Shown: piece after piece, positions 9,408 through 18,191 of the stretch
Layout: the number at the start of each line of letters is the position of its first letter
Numbering within the stretch: the first letter of the stretch is position 1
Source: a bacterium
GTDB taxonomy: Bacteria > Acidobacteriota > Blastocatellia > HR10
Direction of reading: 5' to 3'
Assembly (NCBI GenBank): GCA_041640655.1
Contig: JBEPZV010000038.1
Span: 1 to 22,458, forward strand
Length of the DNA: 22,458 nt
Made by a program: the position numbers and the translations under genes
The notes under the pieces: generated by a model
What the model was told of the DNA's origin: nothing
The model's input: only the letters and a program-made list of their open reading frames with translations
The model's database searches: none

Positions 9408-12400
9408 TCAGAAGCGCTTGCGGATTCGCAGATCGAAGCTGAAGTTCCCATCCTGATCGCGCGCCCCCACCAGCGAGAACCGATCGCTCAGGCGATATTC
9501 GACGATGATGACCTGCTCTTGCGGACCGGAGAGATTCGTCGCGTAGAGGATGGAGAGATTGCGGTTGATCTGCCGCCCGACGGTGAGCCGCGCCGTGGGA
9601 TCCGAGCCTCGGCCGACGATCAGCGGATCAATTTGAAAGCGGTTGATGCCGAAGACCTTCCCCGTGAACTCCTCGGCGCGATGCGTCAGCTCCCCGATGA
9701 GCAAATTGGCCGCCGTCCCCAATCCGGTTTGGGGCGTCGTCAACGCCGCGCGCTGCGAGATCTCGCCCGTCGCGATCAGCGCGAGGATCTGCTCCGGAGG
9801 CAGGGCCGGCTCGGAGCGAAGCGTCGTTTGGAACCGATCGAGCGTGCCCGTGAATCCGACGATCACACGATATCCGGCGATGTCGCTCTCCGCCTCGAGG
9901 TGAATGCGCGGCTCGCTCTGAGCCGCCTCCTCGCGGGGGAGATCAAGGCGCCCTCGCGTGATCTGATACTCGCGGTTGCGAAAGCGCACGACGCCGCGGG
10001 TGACGATGAGATTGCCGGAGAGGCGAGGGGCGGCGAGGGTCCCCCCGATGTGGAGCGAGGCGCTGCCCACGGCATCGGCGAGGTTGTTGCGAACGATGAG
10101 CGTGTCGAGCGCATTCACGCGAATGTCGAGCGAGATCGGCGGATGAATGGAGATTTCCGGGAGCGAGGGACGCGGTCGCTCTCCCGCCTGAGCGAAGATG
10201 AGTTGAGCCAAATCCACGTCCTGTGTGTATTCCGAACGACGCACGGTGAGCGTGCCCGAGAGGACCTGCACCTGACGGTTCCCCTGTAACGTGAGCATCC
10301 CATCCACAATGGAACGAAGTCCCGGGGGGTACGTGAGGACGACGGCGTCGCTACGAATCAGGATCCGCCACTGGTCGGCGCGAAGACGGCGCAGCAGGAG
10401 GCCGCCGCTGATGGTCACGTCGCCCTCATTGGCCCGAGCTCGCAAATGCTCGATCAATGCTTGCGAGGCGGTGAAACGAATGCGCCCTTGTCCATGCGCG
10501 AGGGCGATCGGCCAATCGAGCACGCGGAGTGAGAGGTCCTCGATCTCCATGAGGCCGCTCAAACGCGGCTCCTCGAAATATCCGCGCAGAGAGGCGCGAA
10601 TCGTCGCGCGTCCTGCCGCGAAGAGGCCGGGATACAGACCGCGCAACAGACGCAGATCCACCGACCCGTTCACATTCAGGTCATGTCCGCTGCCAAAGCG
10701 CTCGCCGAGGGATTCGCTCAAGTCCACCGTACCGCTCAGGTCGAGACTCGTGTTCTCGCCGACCAGCGCGGCGGATTCGATCGTGAGCATCCGACCATGC
10801 AGACGCAGCGTGAACGGCCGGCGCGCGTGAAGCGCGTACTCGCTGAACGCCAGGCGGAGGTTCGAGATGGCGAGCGTCGCGCGCACGCCTGTGGCGACAT
10901 CCTCGCGACGTCGGGGGGCTGTCGGGTCGAGACGCGCGCCGATCGGCCATTCGAGCTGCAACTCCCCGCTCATCGTGCCGCTCCACTCCGAGAGCCGGCG
11001 GATGAGACGAAGATATGGAGTCAGCGAGAGGTCTTCAAAGCGCGCGCGCACGCGCACCGTGGGCGCAGGATCCGTGAGGTCGAGCGTGCCGAGCAGCGCG
11101 TGCGTCTGCCCAAAGAGCGCAGCCGTGATGGGGATCAGAAGGCGGCCTTCGTTCGTCCTCAACTCGGCCGCGATCTCTCCGGCTGGACGCCCGCCGATCG
11201 AGAGTCGAGAGATGCGTATCTCGCCAAAGAGACGAGGGTCTGAGAGTGTGCCCTGACCCGAGAGCGAGAGCGAGAGACGCCCCCGCACGTTCATCGTTCG
11301 CCACATCGCCGCGCGCAGTAGGGAATCCAGCTCGATGTCCTCCGCGCGCATTCGAAGCGCATACGTGTCCTCATCGGTTCGGAAAAATCCGGACAGCGCG
11401 ATCGTCCCGAACGGAAGATCGAGTCGAGCGTCTTGGACCTCATACCGAGGAGGGTCGAGGTGAAAAGTCCCCGCGAGGCGACGAAAGCGCGCCGGCCGCT
11501 CAAGCAAGAGAACCTCGCCCTCCTCCAGCGCGATCCGCGCCGTCCCCGTCGGTGCCTTGGGGAGACCGGAGAGCGCGACCTCGCCTGAGAGCATCCCCGA
11601 GAAGGGCAGCTCAAGACCGAGAGCTTTCGACCATCGGTCGAGATTCACGCGATGCAATCGGCCGCGCAGGGCGAGGCCATTCTCCTGACCCGAGAGCGCC
11701 GTCAGGCGAACTTCGGCGCGCGCGCCCGTCTCCCAGAGGACATGAGCGTCCTCGATCTCCCATCGCCCGTGCGCGTAGGCGAAGCGCGCCCGTAGCAAGC
11801 GAGCCGGTTCCCCGGCCACGAGGAGCCCCCTCAGCTCGCCCTCTCCGGAGATCGCGTGCATTCCATCCCGCGTGATGAGACGAAGGCGGTAATCGGCCGT
11901 CCCGGTGAGCTGCGAGATGAAGTCGTGCGTCAGCGTCCGCAGCCGATAGCCGTAAGCTTCGAGCAGCCGCTGTTGTTCGGACAGGTCGTCCGAGCGCACG
12001 TCGAAAGCCAAATCGAGATCCCCACGCCAGCTCACACTTCCGGAGAGCATCACCTTCGAGCGTCCGATGGTGAGCGAAGACGCCGTCACAGACAGTCCGC
12101 GCGGGGACAGGGTCGCGTCCAATGTGCCCCGTACCGGAAGCGCCTCCGCCATCGGGACGGAGCGTGGCGTGATCCTCAGCGCGAGGACACCGGAAGCTCG
12201 CGTGACGGTCAGTCCCGGCCATCGCGCGGTGAGAGAGCCCTGGGCCGCCCCTTCAAGAGGCAGGGGACGGTGAAGGAAGCGCGTCGCCATGTCGCGCACG
12301 TCCACATCCTCGAACCGCAGGTGAGCCTCTGAGAGCGGCTCGTGGCGGTTCTCCTCTCGGGATCCCCAGGCGAAGCGAACGCGCGCATATCCGCGCACGC

Positions 12401-13697
12401 GCCCCCCGAGCGCGCGCAGGTCGAGGTCTTCGATGAACGCGTGTTCCGGCTCCACGCGCAGGCGCGCGCGAATCCCCTCAAGCGGAAGCGGACCGAGAAG
12501 CGCCGCGCGCCCGCCGATCATCCCGTCGAACACAAGATCAGGAGAAGCAGGCAACGTTCCCGTCACCGCGATCCCACGCGCGCGAAAGAAGGCAGCCGCC
12601 AGCGCCTCCGCCGTCATTCGAAACGCGAAGCGCGTGCCGGAGGAATCCCGCGCGGGTATAGCCTCCGGCGTGCGGATGTTCCAGGACGCGTTCGTCACCC
12701 GAATCCCCCACATCGTAGCGCGCGCTGCCGTCGCCGTCGCCTCGAGCTGATAGACGCGCCCCCGGCCGCGCACCCGCCCGCGCAGAGCCACATCTCCCGA
12801 GAAGGCAAATGGAGACGGTCCGTTCGCCACCACACGATCCAAGTGCACGAGCGCCGTCAACACGAGGTCATACTGCGGCTCCGTCCATCCCCGGATCGTC
12901 CCGGTCAGAAGTGCCTCGCCGACATCGCTCGTCACCCGAGCGCGTTCCAGTCGCACCTGATCGTCCGTGATCGCGGCGCGCCATTCCAGTCGCGCTCGCG
13001 CGATCACCCGCTCGTCCCACGTGAGATCGAGCCGCTCGATCTCCCCCAGCGCGCGCGGCTCCGAAGGCGTTGGCACGAGCGAGAAGGTCACTCCATCGGC
13101 CTCAAGGTGGAACCGATAATTCTGAGCGTTCGCGAGGATGCGCCCATCGGTGATCGTCACGCGCTCCACGCGGAGCGTATAGGGCCTCGGCTCCTTCGGG
13201 CGGCGAAGAGCCGACCAGTCTATGTCGGCGAAGTTAGGACGCCCACTTGCATCCACGGTGATGAGGATCTGCGGACGGTCAAGGCGGAGATCGGCGATGG
13301 AGAACGCGCGGGCGAGGAGGTCCTCGATGCCGAAGCGCGCGCTCAGATGCAGGACGCGAAGCAGTGGATCAGCATGCGAACCCGGGAAGAGGCGCAGGTC
13401 GGTGAACTCCACCGTCCCTCTCCAGAGCGAAACGTTCGCATCTTGGAATTCGACTCGAACGTGGAGCGGTCCCAGCCGAGCATTGAGCGTCCGTTCGAGG
13501 AATCGGTCGAAATGCTCACTCCTCGCCCAGAGGGCGAGACCGAGGATGATCGCGAGCGCCATCCCACAGGCAAGAGCAGCGATGACGGCAATCCGTGAGC
13601 GTCTCATGTGCGATGACCCGGTGGAATCTCCGAACTCCTTTTTAGAAGCGACCTTCGGAGAGCCGCGTTGCTCGTCTCTCACATCAGCTTTCGCCAC
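9408..13697 (-). CDS. tamB: Translocation and assembly module TamB (AsmA-like, DUF490 C-terminus)
   Basis: N-terminal TM anchor, long amphipathic beta-repeat body, C-terminal LRSEPALPPEQILALI...ARLTVGRQI...VEYRLS...FDLRIRKRF; adjacent to the Omp85 gene. Start GTG 13697 or ATG 13607. Confidence 0.88.
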   Translation of the reverse strand: MAKADVRDEQRGSPKVASKKEFGDSTGSSHMRRSRIAVIAALACGMALAIILGLALWARSEHFDRFLERTLNARLGPLHVRVEFQDANVSLWRGTVEFTDLRLFPGSHADPLLRVLHLSARFGIEDLLARAFSIADLRLDRPQILITVDASGRPNFADIDWSALRRPKEPRPYTLRVERVTITDGRILANAQNYRFHLEADGVTFSLVPTPSEPRALGEIERLDLTWDERVIARARLEWRAAITDDQVRLERARVTSDVGEALLTGTIRGWTEPQYDLVLTALVHLDRVVANGPSPFAFSGDVALRGRVRGRGRVYQLEATATAARATMWGIRVTNASWNIRTPEAIPARDSSGTRFAFRMTAEALAAAFFRARGIAVTGTLPASPDLVFDGMIGGRAALLGPLPLEGIRARLRVEPEHAFIEDLDLRALGGRVRGYARVRFAWGSREENRHEPLSEAHLRFEDVDVRDMATRFLHRPLPLEGAAQGSLTARWPGLTVTRASGVLALRITPRSVPMAEALPVRGTLDATLSPRGLSVTASSLTIGRSKVMLSGSVSWRGDLDLAFDVRSDDLSEQQRLLEAYGYRLRTLTHDFISQLTGTADYRLRLITRDGMHAISGEGELRGLLVAGEPARLLRARFAYAHGRWEIEDAHVLWETGARAEVRLTALSGQENGLALRGRLHRVNLDRWSKALGLELPFSGMLSGEVALSGLPKAPTGTARIALEEGEVLLLERPARFRRLAGTFHLDPPRYEVQDARLDLPFGTIALSGFFRTDEDTYALRMRAEDIELDSLLRAAMWRTMNVRGRLSLSLSGQGTLSDPRLFGEIRISRLSIGGRPAGEIAAELRTNEGRLLIPITAALFGQTHALLGTLDLTDPAPTVRVRARFEDLSLTPYLRLIRRLSEWSGTMSGELQLEWPIGARLDPTAPRRREDVATGVRATLAISNLRLAFSEYALHARRPFTLRLHGRMLTIESAALVGENTSLDLSGTVDLSESLGERFGSGHDLNVNGSVDLRLLRGLYPGLFAAGRATIRASLRGYFEEPRLSGLMEIEDLSLRVLDWPIALAHGQGRIRFTASQALIEHLRARANEGDVTISGGLLLRRLRADQWRILIRSDAVVLTYPPGLRSIVDGMLTLQGNRQVQVLSGTLTVRRSEYTQDVDLAQLIFAQAGERPRPSLPEISIHPPISLDIRVNALDTLIVRNNLADAVGSASLHIGGTLAAPRLSGNLIVTRGVVRFRNREYQITRGRLDLPREEAAQSEPRIHLEAESDIAGYRVIVGFTGTLDRFQTTLRSEPALPPEQILALIATGEISQRAALTTPQTGLGTAANLLIGELTHRAEEFTGKVFGINRFQIDPLIVGRGSDPTARLTVGRQINRNLSILYATNLSGPQEQVIIVEYRLSDRFSLVGARDQDGNFSFDLRIRKRF

Positions 13698-13735
13698 GCC
13701 GCTTCCCCGTGCCTTCGATACCCAGGGCGCACCCC

Positions 13736-13780
13736 TCCGGAAGGGGCTCGCTCACGCGCGCGTCCTCCTCCCCTTCCGGA
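13736..13780. repeat. 11-bp perfect inverted repeat spanning the ribBA stop codon
   Basis: TCCGGAAGGGG (13736-13746) and CCCCTTCCGGA (13770-13780), 23-nt loop; no following U-tract. Confidence 0.6.
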
Positions 13781-14987
13781 AAGAGCTGACATCGGCACTG
13801 GAGTCCGAGAGCGGGACCGTCTCGACGATCTCCAAGCCGAATCCTGAGAGCGCGGCGAGCTTCTTCGGATGGTTCGTGAGCAGCCTCATGCGTCGGACCC
13901 CGAGATCATAGAGGATTTGCGCCCCGATCCCGTAATCCCGCATGTCCCAGGAGAGGCTCCCAGGCACCCGACCGCTCTCCGACTCCGGCACCACGCGAGT
14001 CGTCTCGGTCATCTGCGGGGCATCGCCCGCGTGATGGCGCAGTAGCGAAGCCAGGAGCTGTTCGCTCAAATGTTCTCGCCGGATGAGATAGAGCAAAACG
14101 CCGCGCCCCTCTCGGGCGATCAGCTCGAACGCGCGATGCAATTCGGCTCCTGCTTCCTCCTCTCGGCATCGGAAGACATCGCCGAGGATCGAGAGCGTAT
14201 GGACGCGGACCAGAATCGGCTTGTCCGGGGCAATCACTCCCTTCACCAGGGCCAGATGAATTTCCCCATTGATGGGATTCTCGTACGCCGAGACGCGAAA
14301 CTCGCCATAAGGGGTCGTGAGCGACGCTTCCGCCCGCTTCCGCACCACGCGCTCGTGCTGCAAGCGATAACGGATGAGGTCGGCCACAGTGACGATCTTC
14401 AACCCGAAGCGGCGAGCGAACGTGATAAGTTGCGGCAACCGCGCCATCGTCCCATCGCCGTTCATGATCTCGCAGATGACGCCCGCCGGCGTCAATCCCG
14501 CCAGTCGGGCCAGATCAACAGAGGCTTCCGTCTGCCCGGCGCGCACAAGAACCCCACCCTCGCGCGCGCGCAGGGGGAAGATGTGTCCCGGACGCACCAA
14601 GTCCGAAGGCCGCGTGCGCGGATCAATGGCCGTCCGAATCGTGCGCGCGCGATCGGCGGCGGAGATGCCCGTGGTGATCCCCTCGCGCGCGTCAATCGAG
14701 ACGCAGAAGGCCGTCTCGAACCGAGAGGTATTCTCCGGCGCTTGAAGCGGCAGGTTCAGCTCTTCACACCGCTCGGGCGTGAGCGAGAGGCAGATGAGCC
14801 CGCGCCCGTACTTGGCCATGAAGTTGATGATCTCCGGCGTCACCTTCTCCGCCGCGCAGCAGAGATCACCTTCGTTCTCCCGATCCTCGTCATCCACGAG
14901 GATGACCATGCGCCCTTGCCGGATCTCCTCGATGGCCTCCGGGATGGAGGCGAAGGGCGGCCCCTCGCGTCGTCGGCGTGCCCTCAT
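13752..14987 (-). CDS. ribBA: 3,4-dihydroxy-2-butanone-4-phosphate synthase fused to a degenerate GTP cyclohydrolase II-like domain (RibBX type)
   Basis: Start re-called at ATG 14987 (ATGA overlap with ribE stop). RibB motifs [33 protein letters not shown] intact; RibA-like half has LVRVH and [14 protein letters not shown] but lacks the three-cysteine Zn motif. Confidence 0.92.
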   Translation of the reverse strand: MRARRRREGPPFASIPEAIEEIRQGRMVILVDDEDRENEGDLCCAAEKVTPEIINFMAKYGRGLICLSLTPERCEELNLPLQAPENTSRFETAFCVSIDAREGITTGISAADRARTIRTAIDPRTRPSDLVRPGHIFPLRAREGGVLVRAGQTEASVDLARLAGLTPAGVICEIMNGDGTMARLPQLITFARRFGLKIVTVADLIRYRLQHERVVRKRAEASLTTPYGEFRVSAYENPINGEIHLALVKGVIAPDKPILVRVHTLSILGDVFRCREEEAGAELHRAFELIAREGRGVLLYLIRREHLSEQLLASLLRHHAGDAPQMTETTRVVPESESGRVPGSLSWDMRDYGIGAQILYDLGVRRMRLLTNHPKKLAALSGFGLEIVETVPLSDSSADVSSFRKGRRTRA

Positions 14988-15643
14988 CCCCCACGCTCCT
15001 GATCCGTGAAGTGTTCGAACGCCACGTTGGACGCCTTCGATCGGACGTGCGCCAGAAGCGGCTCCATCATGCGCTCGACGTACTTGGCCAGCACATCCAC
15101 TTCCAGGTTGACGCCATCGCCAGGGCGCAGCTCCCGAAGATTCGTCATCCGAAACGTATGAGGGATAATGGCGACCTCGAACCACGCATCGCTCAATCCG
15201 GCGATCGTCAGGCTGATCCCGTCCACGGCGATCGAGCCCTTCGGGACGAGATACCGACGCAGCTCCGAGGGGAAGGCGAAGCGGAAGATCCAGGAATCCC
15301 CCTCCGGGCGGCGTTCGAGGAAGCGGCCGACGCCGTCCACATGACCCTGCACAATGTGCCCGCCGAGCCGATCCCCAGGCCTGAGCGCGCGCTCGAGATT
15401 CACCGCGCGCCCCGCGCGGAGCCGACCGAACGTCGTCCGACGAAGCGTCTCCGCCGAGAGCTGCGTGCGAAAGCCATCGCGCTCAACCCCAGTCACCGTC
15501 ACACAGACGCCGTTGACGGCGATGCTCGCGCCCACCCGCAAATCCTCCAGGACCGCGCGCGCTTCCACGCGCACCTCCCCCCCAGCACTCGTGAGCGCGA
15601 GCTGACGAATCCGCCCGACCTCCTCGATCAACCCCGTGAACAT
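14984..15643 (-). CDS. ribE: Riboflavin synthase alpha chain
   Basis: N-terminal MFTGLIEE signature, [47 protein letters not shown] (ribC in E. coli nomenclature). Confidence 0.97.
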   Translation of the reverse strand: MFTGLIEEVGRIRQLALTSAGGEVRVEARAVLEDLRVGASIAVNGVCVTVTGVERDGFRTQLSAETLRRTTFGRLRAGRAVNLERALRPGDRLGGHIVQGHVDGVGRFLERRPEGDSWIFRFAFPSELRRYLVPKGSIAVDGISLTIAGLSDAWFEVAIIPHTFRMTNLRELRPGDGVNLEVDVLAKYVERMMEPLLAHVRSKASNVAFEHFTDQERGG

Positions 15644-15687
15644 ATTCCGAAGGTGGAAGCATACCGAATCCCTTCGGAATCGAGCAA
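15644..15687 (-). promoter_or_regulatory. Putative ribE promoter overlapped by a 10-bp inverted repeat
   Basis: Minus strand TTGCTC (15687-15682), 18 nt, TATGCT (15663-15658); arms ATTCCGAAGG (15644-15653) and CCTTCGGAAT (15671-15680). Confidence 0.5.
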
Positions 15688-15891
15688 GGCATCGGCCGGG
15701 AGCAGAAATCCTTCGCGCGGCATGGGGCCCCGCTGCTGCTCACGAAGGCGTTGATCCTCACGCCCTCTCGGATCTCCGTGACGGAGATCACGATCGCGCA
15801 TGACCGCGATCATTGATCCGACGTCGCGACCGGGATTCAATGCCCACCGGGACGCCGAAAGGTGTCCGAAACACACACGGGGAGGAAACTT

Positions 15892-17002
15892 GTGCGCAGG
15901 CAATGACTTTCGATGCAGCGAAGAGGGTCTGATCTCCAAACGCAGCGAGGGAGATGGGGGATCCTCACGACAGCGCTCATTGTAGGGGGGCTTGTTGTTG
16001 ACTTCGTCTCCTTTCTCGCGGGCATCGGTCGGAGGGTGTATCTCATCGGCTTCGCCTGGGTACCCGTCCGATCACCTGCGCGCGCACATCTTCTCTGAGG
16101 CGCAGACGATCTATATCCCACTCGCCTATGAATGGGGATCCGCTCGAGCCGAACAACAACAGTTCCCACACGATGCTCGTGACCCCGATCTTTTCCACAA
16201 TGGAAGGGAAGGCACGCCCATTCCCGGGCGCAGGGTGACGCTCGCTCCTGCGGAAGTGCGATACATGGCGTTAGCCGACTTGCTCGAGGAGGCCTCTCAG
16301 GGCCACAATATGAGCGGTCTGGCGCTTCACTACTCCGGTCGGATGTTAGAAGCGGGCGCGCAGATCATCCTGAAACTCGGCGAGGTCGGAAGCGTGGATG
16401 TTCCTTTCACCAGCCGTAGTGATTACCGCTCGACGGTTCAGGAAGCTGTGTGGTGGATGCCCTGCCGCGCGCAAGCGATCATAGTGCTCGGAAATGCGTC
16501 CGAAGCGCCTATTCGCGTGCGGGTGCAGGATACCGAAGGTGAGGAGGGGGTTCGCCTCAATCCCTATACTTCGCGGATCCTCCATCGTTCGGGACATTGC
16601 CCCCCACGTCCGCGGCAGGCGCAGTCGGGGCCCTTCGGCTCGAGACAACGGGTCCGGTGGGGAGCTTGCGTGCTTGGGGCGTCATCACCTCCAAAGAGGA
16701 TCTTTTCGCAAGTCCGATTCGATTCTACGACCTGGGAGGGATTCGTCAGCCGCACCTTTTCGCCATGGGCCTTCGGGTGAAGGAAGCGACCCCTCACCTT
16801 GTAATGAAGAATACGACGGGCGTGCCGATCTCCGCCCGACTGCGATTCCTTCCCCTCTCGCCTGCGGTGGATGACGTGCTGGAGGGGATGCCGGTCATCA
16901 TCGGGCCGCATGAAGTACGGGAGATGGATCTCACACCCTTCTCCAGGAAACTGCGACAAGATCACATCTTGACGTCGTCAGCGTCCACGTCATCAATGAG
17001 AG
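15892..17002 (+). pseudogene. Degraded gene for a secreted beta-rich protein of unknown function, 3'-truncated at the IS remnant
   Basis: RBS GGAGG (15881-15885) and GTG 15892, in-frame TGA at 15904; signal peptide split at G6 run (15985-15990); protein-like sequence continues across ORFs 15913, 15992 and 16597 with further shifts near 16140-16212, the C6 run 16600-16605 and ~16938. Confidence 0.7.
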
Positions 17003-17629
17003 CCGACCTCGCCGGTTCCCCCGGCGATGCCGGGGATTCTTGGGGATGCAGGCCAGGATGCCCCGGCGGCGGAGCACCGTCCGCACGGGACGGCTGTCAT
17101 AAGCCCCATCGCCGGCGACTTCCTTCGCCCCACCCGCACCGTCCCCAGGACTTCGGAAAAGACCGTCGCCTCGTGCTTCCGGGCCGACGTCACCTCGACC
17201 CCCACAGGCACCCCCTGGGCGGTCACGACCGCATGGACCTTCGTCCCCTTCCGCCGACGGTGGCCGTCGAAGCCCACCTCTTCCCCCCTTTTTGCCTCCA
17301 CCGTCGTCCCCTCCAGCGACAGCCGACCGACCCGGTATCCCCAATCCAGACGGCGCCTCCACAGCTTCTCCCACACTCCCCGGGCCTCCCACTCCCTCCG
17401 CCGCCAGGCCGTCTCGGCCTATCCATCCACCGGCATCCCGTCAAGAATCCCGTTCAGCGTCTTGCGGTCGTCGGCTCGGGGCCTCCCCGTCCGGGCCTTC
17501 CGAGGTCGCAGGGGCCCGATGAAAGCCCACGGCTCATCCCTCAGCTCCCGGCATTCCATCCTTCACCTCCGTCCCAGCCAGGGAATTCCGGGGTTATCTT
17601 AACACCTCAGGAGTTTTGAGACGAGTTCT
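17003..17629 (-). mobile_element. Degenerate IS5-family element (transposase pseudogene, one end retained)
   Basis: RBS GGAGGTG and ATG 17559: MECRELRDEPWAFIGPL..ARTGRPRADDRKTLNGIL / TGCRWMD / TAWRR..W...GVW / KGTKVHAVV...GVPV / GDGAYDS...LRRRGILACIP over several frames; A5G6 run at 17283-17293; candidate terminal repeat AGAACTCGTCTCAAAACTC (17629-17611); C-terminal motif and other end absent. Confidence 0.88.
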
Positions 17630-17830
17630 TGGAGAAAGTCCCTCTGGAGGCCGACAAAGAGGACGTGAGGTTCTCCGTGAGTTTGCGGGACGCCTCCGTT
17701 CGGCAGATACTCGACGCTTTAGTGAAAGCGGACAAGCGGTACACCTGGAGGCGGTATAAAGGGTACCTGCCGAATGTCCCTACGCGAACCGACCTGATCA
17801 ATGTGCTCCCCCTTGATGCCGACAAAGATC
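17630..17830 (+). pseudogene. Internal fragment of a gene with a secretin/TonB N-terminal (STN)-like segment
   Basis: Reads EKVPLEADKEDVRFSVSLRDASVRQILDALVKADKRYTW...LINVLP, begins exactly at the IS end with no RBS; the rest of the ORF runs into the rpsU promoter and looks non-coding. Confidence 0.5.
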
Positions 17831-17911
17831 AGGAAGGACGGTCACCACTGTCTCCCGCGAGGATCATTTCGCCTGTCGTCGCATGGGGGGCACGATGGGC
17901 GCCGGACTTTC

Positions 17912-17941
17912 TTGACAGAACCGAGGCGAAATTGGTATAAG
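17912..17941 (+). promoter_or_regulatory. sigma70-type promoter of rpsU
   Basis: TTGACA (17912-17917), 18 nt, TATAAG (17936-17941), preceded by extended -10 TGn. Confidence 0.8.
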
Positions 17942-17988
17942 CTTCCCCTGTGTGATGCGTGAGAATCTTCGAGAAGGGAGAGGATCGA

Positions 17989-18189
17989 GTGGCGTTGATC
18001 ATCGTCAATGAGGGAGAGTCCATTGAGAGCGCACTTCGGCGCTTCAAGCGCAAGGTGCAGCAGGAAGACATCATCAAGGAGATCAAGAAGCATTCTTTCT
18101 ACCTCAAGCCGGGCGAGAAGCGGCGGCTGAAGGAGGCGCTGGCTCGAAAGCGGCTTCGTCGTCGGATGAAACGTGAGATGGGGGAGTGA
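17989..18189 (+). CDS. rpsU: 30S ribosomal protein bS21
   Basis: Start re-called at GTG 17989 after GGAGAGG; EGESIESALRRFKRKV..EDIIKEIKKHSFYLKPGEKRR.K..ARKR. Confidence 0.97.
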   Translation: MALIIVNEGESIESALRRFKRKVQQEDIIKEIKKHSFYLKPGEKRRLKEALARKRLRRRMKREMGE

Positions 18190-18191
18190 GG

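Noticed and set aside
12342..13598. 418-aa plus-strand ORF and other ORFs opposite tamB, rib and his genes
   Set aside because: Arg/Pro-rich shadow frames overlapping well-supported genes.
15850..15872. Hammerhead-like stem followed by GAAAC, or c-di-GMP riboswitch
   Set aside because: No CTGATGA core upstream of the stem and no GEMM-type second stem or consensus.
15985..16605. Phase variation at G6/C6 runs
   Set aside because: Runs are short and the gene has additional lesions and a truncation, so decay is the simpler explanation.
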